Under the pieces are notes generated by a model. The model worked only from the letters and a program-made list of their open reading frames with translations, had not been told where the DNA came from and did no database searches. Positions 45,207 to 52,738 of a stretch of 64,000 bases of DNA are shown here, in pieces; positions within the stretch are counted from its first letter, which is position 1; each line of letters starts with the position of its first letter. The translations under genes were made by a program, and so were the position numbers. Origin of the DNA: an uncultured Chitinophagales bacterium (GTDB taxonomy: Bacteria; Bacteroidota; Bacteroidia; Chitinophagales; BACL12); NCBI GenBank assembly GCA_964492065.1, contig CAZBHH010000001.1:225845-289844 (forward strand), given 5' to 3'.

Positions 45207-45907
45207 GATTGACGCATTACAGCCGCTATTGCTTTGTTCAATGATTGTTCGCCGGTTTCGCTCCGCAGTGTTTCCATCGACTTATAAAATTTAATCCTGC
45301 CCTCGACGATAAATAAAATATCGGTTGTAAATTCTTCCAAATCGCTCAGGATGTGCGAGGTTATCAGGATCAGTTTGCCTGCGGCTTTTTCCTGTAATAT
45401 TTTTTGTTTCAGAATTTCTGCCGAAATCGGGTCCAGGCCTGCCGTCGGTTCATCCAGTATGAGTATGTCCGGATTAAACATAAAGGCGAGGCATGCGCTT
45501 ACTTTTTGCCGGGTACCTCCCGACAAGGTGCGCATATATTTCGACCTTATATCGCCAATTTCAAAGGCTTCGTACAGCGTATTATCAATAGCGCCCTTGT
45601 GGCGGCGGATACTTTGCAGCATATCAAACACCTGGCCTACCCGCATATTGTCGGGATAGCGCCCAATCTGCGGCATATACCCGATATTGTCCCTATAACC
45701 GTAATCGTGGGCAATATTCTTCTTATCGAACAGAATGGTTCCGCTGTCGGGAATCACCATACCGAGCAGGCATTTTATCAGCGTGGTTTTGCCGGAGGCG
45801 TTCGGCCCGATAAAGGAAACGGCCTTGCCTTTGGCGAGTTGTAAATTGATGTCGTTCAGGACGTGCAATTTGCCGAAAGACTTATGCAGGTGTTGTATCT
45901 CAATCAT
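45203..45907 (-). CDS. nosF: NosF, ABC ATPase of the NosDFY complex
   Basis: Walker A GPNASGKTT, signature LSGGTRQK, Walker B ILILDEPT. It is ATGA-coupled to nosD. Confidence 0.85.
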   Translation of the reverse strand: MIEIQHLHKSFGKLHVLNDINLQLAKGKAVSFIGPNASGKTTLIKCLLGMVIPDSGTILFDKKNIAHDYGYRDNIGYMPQIGRYPDNMRVGQVFDMLQSIRRHKGAIDNTLYEAFEIGDIRSKYMRTLSGGTRQKVSACLAFMFNPDILILDEPTAGLDPISAEILKQKILQEKAAGKLILITSHILSDLEEFTTDILFIVEGRIKFYKSMETLRSETGEQSLNKAIAAVMRQS

Positions 45908-47145
45908 AACTCAATGGGTTGCATATAAGGTGTATTGTCCACCAGGTTTTCAGGTGTCAATCCGGGCAATATTTTTTCCGCCTTGTCAACAAGGTATTGC
46001 GCAAAGCTGCGATACAACATTATCGCTTCCGGAATTTTTTCCACGATTATGGCAAACAGGCTCACAGGGTGATAGGGCACGTCGCCCAATGAGTTTCTGT
46101 CCAGATCATATCCTTCGTACTTATCCCAGTAGTTGCCGTTGAACGTATTTAATACCAGGCTTCCGTTGGTGGAAACATCGAATGAATTATTGAGAAAATT
46201 GTTTTCCTCAAACGCCACATCGGTGCAATTCGCGGTTATTATCAATGCCCATCCGTTGTCCGAAATCGAATTGCGCTGAGCCGCAATACGACTGCTTCCC
46301 TCCATGTGAATGGCTATTGAATTATCCCAAAACACATTCTCAAAAATTTCACTGTCGGTAATATCCTTCAACAACAGGCCGAAGGACGAGCTGCTCCGGT
46401 TCTTTTCAAATCTATTGTTTTGCATGCGCACCCACTTTGAGTACATCACCGCAACGCCCGCCCCGTTTTCCGAGAACGTATTGTGCAGGTATATATCATT
46501 GTTGGAGAACATAAAATGCAATCCGTAGCGGATATTTTTATAACACCTGTTATCCGAAATAATGCTGTTGGAGACAAACTCCAGGTAGATGCCGTCGCGG
46601 TTGCCCGTTATGGTATTTTTCTCTATGGTAATCGCATCGCATTTCCATAAATGAATTCCATTGCCGGAGGTGTTTTCTGTTTTGGGTGTACTCGCAATTG
46701 TATTATTTATTATTGCGTTGCTATCGGACTTGGCGAGATAAATACTAAAGTAGTTATCGGACAATGTATTGTTCAACACTTGCACGTGTTTCACTTCCGT
46801 AAGTCGGATTGCTGCATTTTCGTGGAGATCGGAGGGTTTGGAATGTCGAATAACCCATCCCTGGATGGTTACCGAATCCGACAGCACAATAAAACCCTCG
46901 CCTTTATAGTCGATATCCAAAACAGGTTGATTTTTACCGATAACAACCAGGGGTTTATCGATTACCACATTGTACTCACTGAAGACACCGCCATCGATAA
47001 TAATAGTATCGTAGGGCGCTGCAGATGCTATCTGTTGTTGTAAAATGCCATTGGTCTTTACATCGGCCGCCTGGTCCGATGCCGGTTGTGCAGGTAGCAG
47101 ACAGACAATAATACAAATGAACGCAAAGGCAATTGTTTTTTTCAT
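45904..47145 (-). CDS. nosD: NosD, periplasmic parallel-beta-helix accessory protein for NosZ maturation
   Basis: 413 aa with a signal peptide and many N-x-I / N-x-F right-handed beta-helix rungs (NNTLSDN, INNTI, EKNTITGN, ISDNRC, NNRFEKN). Confidence 0.85.
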   Translation of the reverse strand: MKKTIAFAFICIIVCLLPAQPASDQAADVKTNGILQQQIASAAPYDTIIIDGGVFSEYNVVIDKPLVVIGKNQPVLDIDYKGEGFIVLSDSVTIQGWVIRHSKPSDLHENAAIRLTEVKHVQVLNNTLSDNYFSIYLAKSDSNAIINNTIASTPKTENTSGNGIHLWKCDAITIEKNTITGNRDGIYLEFVSNSIISDNRCYKNIRYGLHFMFSNNDIYLHNTFSENGAGVAVMYSKWVRMQNNRFEKNRSSSSFGLLLKDITDSEIFENVFWDNSIAIHMEGSSRIAAQRNSISDNGWALIITANCTDVAFEENNFLNNSFDVSTNGSLVLNTFNGNYWDKYEGYDLDRNSLGDVPYHPVSLFAIIVEKIPEAIMLYRSFAQYLVDKAEKILPGLTPENLVDNTPYMQPIEL

Positions 47146-47162
47146 AGCGGGAATTGCCGGAA

Positions 47163-47609
47163 TTATTTAGCGGACATAGTTGTCACCTGCTCCCATTGCA
47201 AAATTTCTCCTCCCTTTTCCCGCATCACTTCTTTTAATGAAGCTTCGGATGCGAAGGCGGCAATATTTCCCCCCATCGGCGATTTAAATTCCGGGTTAAA
47301 TAAAAACGATGCCTGCGTATGTTCAACAAACTGGCCGGAAAGAAAATCTGCTATAAACATGTGCGCCGTATTATCAGAGCCCGGCATTTGTTGTTCGCGG
47401 TATTTCACCAGGCAAAACAAATCGTCGAACTTATAGGTCTTTCCCTTGTCGGTTTGCATTTCACAACCGAACCGGGTATCGACAATAGTCATTTTGCAGA
47501 AAGCGCATGCGTCTTCGCCGTAGGCAATTGGCACAGGCCCGGATTTGACACAACCGACCAAAAGCATTACCCCGGAAACGAGGTAAGCTATGGGTGTATA
47601 TTTTTTCAT
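47163..47609 (-). CDS. nosL: NosL, copper-chaperone lipoprotein
   Basis: Start at ATG 47609 gives MKKYTPIAYLVSGVMLLVGC (lipobox). It has a CAFCKM metal-binding motif. The track's 37-codon N-terminal extension overlaps the upstream gene. Confidence 0.8.
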   Translation of the reverse strand: MKKYTPIAYLVSGVMLLVGCVKSGPVPIAYGEDACAFCKMTIVDTRFGCEMQTDKGKTYKFDDLFCLVKYREQQMPGSDNTAHMFIADFLSGQFVEHTQASFLFNPEFKSPMGGNIAAFASEASLKEVMREKGGEILQWEQVTTMSAK

Positions 47610-47611
47610 GT

Positions 47612-48199
47612 TCAGGCTGGTTTTTTCTTTGAGAAATAAAAATATTCCGCTCCCACCATTACAAACAATATGGCAGTGCTGATCATCAACGCCAGTCCGC
47701 CCACATCGGGTTGGCTCCACGCATCGAAGTTTAACAAACGCTTATGGCCTATCAGCGGCGGCTGATAGGTCATACCTGGTATTTTAATCGCCGCATTCGG
47801 GTCGAGGTTATGCCCGTAATCGTAGCACCATTGATAGAAATCGTACAAGCCTAACGAACCTATGATCAGGATGGAAATTGCCCAGGTGAGCATTACCCAT
47901 CTGCGGTTGATAATAAAAGTCAGAATTCCCAGTCCGATCATTCCATATAAGATGAGGTACATAAACCCGAATTCGGGAAACATCTCCTCTTTAATATGCT
48001 GCATGCCGATATAGTGGTTCAACCCGTTTATCACTTCTACATCACCGGTAAGTTTATCCTTCCAGATTTGCAGGTAAAGGCCTTCGGGATATTGCGGAGC
48101 GAATAAGTCAATACGCCAGATCGGATAGAACAAGGTTGGTATCATTCCCAGAGCACATACTAAGAGAACTACCCTTGTCACCCTATTTAATTTTTTCAT
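47612..48199 (-). CDS. Nos-cluster integral membrane protein of unknown function (nosB-like position)
   Basis: 195 aa with about 4 TMs. It sits between nosZ and nosL, and its stop is 2 nt before the nosL start. Confidence 0.6.
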   Translation of the reverse strand: MKKLNRVTRVVLLVCALGMIPTLFYPIWRIDLFAPQYPEGLYLQIWKDKLTGDVEVINGLNHYIGMQHIKEEMFPEFGFMYLILYGMIGLGILTFIINRRWVMLTWAISILIIGSLGLYDFYQWCYDYGHNLDPNAAIKIPGMTYQPPLIGHKRLLNFDAWSQPDVGGLALMISTAILFVMVGAEYFYFSKKKPA

Positions 48200-48269
48200 C
48201 TTTCTTGAGTTTAATGAGCCCCCGCCCCAAATGGGCGGGAACTCATTTTAATAGTTTATAATCAAAACG

Positions 48270-50255
48270 CTAATTAGCAGTTTCGTTCAATGATCCTTTC
48301 AGCTCAACATTACTTCCCGCGGGAGACACACGGATATACCCCGACATCTCCTGGTGTAACGCAGAGCAGAAATCAGTGCAATAGAACGGGAATACACCGG
48401 GTTTCTGAGGCACCCATTTCAGTGTCAGCGTCTCGCCCGGCATGATGAGTAATTCAGCCGTATTCATCCCTATCACGGCAAATCCGTGCGGGACATCCCA
48501 GTCCTGTTCCAGGTTTGTAACGTGGAAATACACTTCATCGCCCACTTTTACACCTTCGATATTATCCGGGGAAAAGTGCGAACGGATGGAAGTCATTTTG
48601 ACATGCACCTCCTTGCCGTTTCTGGTCACACCGGTTTCTTTTTCGCCTTTTGAAGCATAGGGGTGTGTATTTTCTTCAATTTTAAAAATCTTCACCTGTT
48701 TGTCTTTAATCAGATCGGCGGGCAAAGCCTGGGCGTAATGGGGCTCGCCGATTGTCGGGAAGTCGAGCAATAATTCCATTTTTTCGCCATCGATAGAATA
48801 CAATTGCGCCGACTGTGTCAACTCGGGGCCGGTAGGCAGATACCTGTCTTTGGTAATTTTATTCAATGCCACCACATATTTACCGTAAGGCTGTTTGGAG
48901 TCGCCGCCCGGCACCATTAAGTGGCCGATTGAATAATAGGTAGGAACCCTGTCCACAACCTTTTGAGTAGCCACTTCCCACTTGGTAATCTCGGAGGAAA
49001 CGAACATCGATGTATAGGCAAAACCTTTACCGTCGAACTCGGTATGTAGCGGGCCTAATCCGCAATCTTTCACCTCCCCGGTAAGCACCGCCTCATATTT
49101 GAGCACGGGGATACCGCCAAATTCGCCATCTGTTGCATTGGCGGCGATTGCCGCCTGTATTTTATCGAATCCATACACCGGAATCATGGCTGCCAGTTTT
49201 CCTGCTGCGGTGATATATTGCCCGGTAGGATCCACATCCACACCATGCGGAGATTTAGGACAGGGCAGGTAGTACATCAAACCCTTTAGGTCTTCGGTTG
49301 TAAGAGTCGTAATTTCTTTGAACTGCTCCGATACGGCGTAGTGGGTTTTATCATCCATATAATTATGATAGGTATTGATAGGTGTTTTCTTACCGGTGCC
49401 GTTTTTCACCAATTCCTCCACTTTTTTCCAGTTGATTGCCAGGATGAAGTCTTTATCTTTCTGGCTCGCATTCACTTCGAGCATGGTATGGGCTAATTCG
49501 CTATTGTAACATGTAAAGAACATCCAGCCGGAAGAAGGGCCTTTGCCGTGGTGGGCGAGGTCGTAGTCGAACGCCGGCACTTCGATCTGGAAAGCGGGGC
49601 GCATTTTGTTTTGGGTGGTGGAAGCGCCGTCCACACTGATAAAGGTAATCACGCCTTTAAAATTTTCCTTATAGGAATTAATCGGCACATCCGCATTTGA
49701 TCCGTACGGCATTGAAAAACGGGTAGCGCTCACCACGTATTCCGAATTTTCGGTAATAAAAGGTGATGCGTGATTGCCGCCCGTATTCGGGATTTCAATA
49801 ATTTCCTTGGTAGTAAATGTCGTGAGGTCAATACGTGCTATGCGGGGCGTATTATTGCCGTTGATAAACAACCATCTGCCGTCGATTACGCCGTCGGTTT
49901 GGGAAAGCTGGGGGTGATGCGCATCGTCCCAGGGCTGAAACCCATAAGAGGTGTTGAGCATACCTTTAGTTTCTTCGCTGAAACCGTAGCCTTTCTCGGG
50001 GTCGAGGCTGAAAACGGGAATCACCCGGAACAGACGACCGGACGGCAATCCGTAAACGCCCACCTGGCCGCTGAATCCGCCTGAGGCGAACATGTACAGT
50101 TCATCGTATTGCCCCGGTGGAACATACACCTTGGCGGCTGCGTTACCGGTAACTGCCGTCGTTGCACCTTTTGGCTTACATCCTGTTGTAGATGCGGACA
50201 ACATCGCCGCAACAGCAATCCCTGCTGCTACAGCAATACTTCTGTAGTATTTCAA
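48270..50255 (-). CDS. nosZ: Nitrous-oxide reductase NosZ, Sec-dependent (clade II) type
   Basis: 661 aa. The CuZ region has WDDAHHPQ and the CuA site is CTDFCSALHQEM (C-x3-C-x3-H-x2-M). The N-terminus, (M)KYYRSIAVAAGIAVAAMLSASTTGC, has no twin-arginine motif and a lipobox-like Cys. The start codon is TTG at 50255. Confidence 0.93.
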   Translation of the reverse strand: MKYYRSIAVAAGIAVAAMLSASTTGCKPKGATTAVTGNAAAKVYVPPGQYDELYMFASGGFSGQVGVYGLPSGRLFRVIPVFSLDPEKGYGFSEETKGMLNTSYGFQPWDDAHHPQLSQTDGVIDGRWLFINGNNTPRIARIDLTTFTTKEIIEIPNTGGNHASPFITENSEYVVSATRFSMPYGSNADVPINSYKENFKGVITFISVDGASTTQNKMRPAFQIEVPAFDYDLAHHGKGPSSGWMFFTCYNSELAHTMLEVNASQKDKDFILAINWKKVEELVKNGTGKKTPINTYHNYMDDKTHYAVSEQFKEITTLTTEDLKGLMYYLPCPKSPHGVDVDPTGQYITAAGKLAAMIPVYGFDKIQAAIAANATDGEFGGIPVLKYEAVLTGEVKDCGLGPLHTEFDGKGFAYTSMFVSSEITKWEVATQKVVDRVPTYYSIGHLMVPGGDSKQPYGKYVVALNKITKDRYLPTGPELTQSAQLYSIDGEKMELLLDFPTIGEPHYAQALPADLIKDKQVKIFKIEENTHPYASKGEKETGVTRNGKEVHVKMTSIRSHFSPDNIEGVKVGDEVYFHVTNLEQDWDVPHGFAVIGMNTAELLIMPGETLTLKWVPQKPGVFPFYCTDFCSALHQEMSGYIRVSPAGSNVELKGSLNETAN

Positions 50256-50280
50256 TTTTTAGACTTTAAGAGTTAACTAA

Positions 50281-50766
50281 TTATTTTTCGCCGTCGTTGC
50301 TGCGCATGTATTCCAAAATATCCCGGGCATCGCCAATGGAAACATTTTGGTTCGGCATCCGCGTCAGGCACAATTGCAGTAATTTCTGCGCCTCCGGATC
50401 TTTTTCCAGCATTACATCCACGTTGGTAATCATGTTCATAATCCATTCAGGCTTACGATTTTTCGTAATTCCTGCCCATCCCGGACCCACTAATTGCGTG
50501 GAATCGAGGCGATGGCATGCCGAACACTTCATATCGTAAATTTCCATTCCGCGTTTAATGCGTGTCTCGTCTAATGGATTGGTAAGCGTAACTGATTTCA
50601 CCTCGCCGAAGCCCCTGCCGTCAGCAATCATTTGTTCTTCTTCCGACATGCCTGCGGTATTATTTGCCTTTTCAAGGCTGGCATTATCTTCGGCCTTGGG
50701 GCCGCAACTCCAGATAAGCCCGGTGAGTAGCGCTAAAAAAATATACGGCTGTAATCCCATTTTCAT
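50281..50766 (-). CDS. Monoheme c-type cytochrome lipoprotein (probable electron donor to NosZ)
   Basis: 161 aa with a signal peptide and lipobox-like LIWSCG, one CSACH heme motif and a distal Met in TRMPNQ. It lies directly upstream of nosZ. Confidence 0.8.
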   Translation of the reverse strand: MKMGLQPYIFLALLTGLIWSCGPKAEDNASLEKANNTAGMSEEEQMIADGRGFGEVKSVTLTNPLDETRIKRGMEIYDMKCSACHRLDSTQLVGPGWAGITKNRKPEWIMNMITNVDVMLEKDPEAQKLLQLCLTRMPNQNVSIGDARDILEYMRSNDGEK

Positions 50767-50828
50767 AATTTGTCTTATTTGTTTATTAACTTGGGTACGA
50801 AATTAAACAGTATGCCTGCATCCATGTA

Positions 50829-50840
50829 TGATATAAATCA
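50829..50840 (-). promoter_or_regulatory. FNR/CRP-type palindrome TGAT-N4-ATCA upstream of the cytochrome c-nosZ operon
   Basis: aTGATataaATCAc is a perfect 4+4 inverted repeat and matches 8 of 10 positions of TTGAT-N4-ATCAA. It is centred about 68 nt upstream of the cytochrome c ATG (50766) and about 33 nt upstream of an imperfect -7 box (TAATTTCG, 50798-50805). Confidence 0.4.
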
Positions 50841-50936
50841 CTATTTTGACTGAGTTTTATTTTAGTACAATCTAATTCCTTTATGTATCAGCTTAAAACT
50901 CCTGTACAATAAATAAATAACTTTACTACACATACA

Positions 50937-51689
50937 ATGGATACGCATCAAAGATACTGGTTTGCTTTATATTTTTGGGTACTGATAGCAGTGATAATAT
51001 TCCCCCTGCTGGTAAAAGTACGTGCGCCCTACGGCAGGCATACCCGCAGCGGATGGGGCAAAACGATTGATAATCACTTAGGTTGGTTATGGATGGAAAT
51101 ACCGGCGCTGTTGGTTTTTCCGGCGTTGGTAATTTTTGGCCCTTCGGAAAAAAACTGGGTGAGTTGGTTACTCGTTTTTCTATGGATGGTTCATTATATC
51201 CACCGCACCCTGATTTTTCCCTTTCGATTGCGCACACGCAGGAAAAAAATACCGCTCATCATCGTATGGATGGGAATTGTCTTTAATGTGGTAAACGGAT
51301 TTTTCAACGGGTATTACCTGGGATTCATCAATCAACCGCAGGCTGACGCTCTGCAATGGCATTTCCTCTGCGGACTGTTATTGTTTGCTGCGGGCATGGT
51401 TATCAATATAATTACGGACAACAAACTGATTCAACTGCGCCGCAACGGCAATGGTTACAGTATCCCCCAAGGCTGGCTGTTTCGCTATATCAGTTGCCCG
51501 AACCATTTCGGGGAAATTATCGAATGGGCAGGATTCGCCCTGGTAGCCTGGAATTTTCCGGCATTCAGCTTTGCGCTGTGGACCATTACCAATCTCTTGC
51601 CCCGAGCCTTAAATCACCACGCCTGGTACAAGGAGAATTTTGACACCTATCCCAAAGAGCGCAAAGCTGTTATTCCTTTAATCGTCTGA
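50937..51689 (+). CDS. 3-oxo-5-alpha-steroid 4-dehydrogenase (SRD5A / DUF1295)-family membrane reductase
   Basis: 250 aa and polytopic. The C-terminal signature SCPNHFGEIIEWAGFAL...HHAWY is typical of steroid 5-alpha-reductase-like proteins. Confidence 0.75.
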   Translation: MDTHQRYWFALYFWVLIAVIIFPLLVKVRAPYGRHTRSGWGKTIDNHLGWLWMEIPALLVFPALVIFGPSEKNWVSWLLVFLWMVHYIHRTLIFPFRLRTRRKKIPLIIVWMGIVFNVVNGFFNGYYLGFINQPQADALQWHFLCGLLLFAAGMVINIITDNKLIQLRRNGNGYSIPQGWLFRYISCPNHFGEIIEWAGFALVAWNFPAFSFALWTITNLLPRALNHHAWYKENFDTYPKERKAVIPLIV

Positions 51690-51690
51690 C

Positions 51691-52677
51691 ATGGAAATCG
51701 GCATTACCGGCGCCAGCGGCCACGTGGGGGCAAATCTCAGCAGAGCATTATTGCAGCATGGGTATTCGCTGCGCTTAGGAGTGCATGCGCATGCGCACAG
51801 CATTGCGGCGCTCAATGCCGGGCATGTCGCATTAAACATTACCGAAGCGACGCAGGTGGAGCATTTTGTAAAGGGCTGCGATATCGTTGTACACCTGGCC
51901 GCCAAAATCTCTATCGATGGCGACCCAAAGGGCATTGTTTCAGCCATTAATTTGCAAGGGACACAAAACGTAATCAAAGCCTGTGAAAAATTCAAGGTCA
52001 AAAAACTCATTCACCTGAGCAGTATTCACGCATTTGATCCGCAACCGCTCCGGGAAATTTTGGATGAAACCCGGCCGTATATTTCCGAAAATATCACCCC
52101 GTACAACCGTTCGAAAGTATTAGCCGAAAAGGAAGTGCTGCTGGCGATGCAGCGAGGCCTCAACGCCGTAATCATTGCGCCGACATCTGTCTTCGGGCCG
52201 CATGATTATTACCCCTCCCTGATGGGGAAGGCGATTCTGGATATCTATCACCGCCGCCTACCCGCACTGACGCCGGGAGGCTATAATTTTGTGTTTGTCG
52301 AAGACCTGGTACGGGGCATAATCCATATTATAAAAAACGATTGCCCTTCGGATAAGTATATTTTCAGCGGCACCTATGTCACCATTAAACATGTAGCCGA
52401 TACCATTGCGGAAATTTGCCACAAAAAGCTGCACTACCGCATTATCCCGTTTGAAGTGATTCAAATAGCATTGCCGTTTTTCAAATTGTATTCCCGAGTT
52501 ACCGGCAAACCGGCCTTATTTACCCGCGAATCCATGGACACACTACGCCTCAGCCCGCAGCAGGTAAGCAGTGTACGTGCGCAGCGTGAATTGGGATATA
52601 CTATTACACCTTATGTGGAGGCGATGCAAAAAACCCTCGACTGGTATGCACAGGCGGGAATGCTTAGGGGACTGTAA
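51691..52677 (+). CDS. NAD(P)-dependent extended SDR (epimerase / 3-beta-HSD / dihydroflavonol-reductase-like)
   Basis: GITGASGHVG is the Rossmann motif and YNRSK is the Y-x3-K catalytic motif. It starts 1 nt after the SRD5A-like stop. Confidence 0.8.
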   Translation: MEIGITGASGHVGANLSRALLQHGYSLRLGVHAHAHSIAALNAGHVALNITEATQVEHFVKGCDIVVHLAAKISIDGDPKGIVSAINLQGTQNVIKACEKFKVKKLIHLSSIHAFDPQPLREILDETRPYISENITPYNRSKVLAEKEVLLAMQRGLNAVIIAPTSVFGPHDYYPSLMGKAILDIYHRRLPALTPGGYNFVFVEDLVRGIIHIIKNDCPSDKYIFSGTYVTIKHVADTIAEICHKKLHYRIIPFEVIQIALPFFKLYSRVTGKPALFTRESMDTLRLSPQQVSSVRAQRELGYTITPYVEAMQKTLDWYAQAGMLRGL

Positions 52678-52738
52678 TGAAACCCGGAAAACTCCTATTC
52701 TATCGACAAAAAAGCGGCTCCGTCAGTGAAATATTCCT

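Noticed and set aside
47610-47720. N-terminal extensions in the ORF track. Cases: nosL 47720, ABC ATPase 25677, fhs 39564, moeB 36406, M20D 41805, nadE 60150, rpsT 24193, T9SS protein 56225, sulfotransferase 39559.
   Set aside because: The extensions overlap neighbouring genes or promoter boxes and encode non-conserved-looking peptides. Internal ATGs give canonical N-termini (signal peptide or lipobox, MKIALAQIN, MAHHKAQKK and so on).
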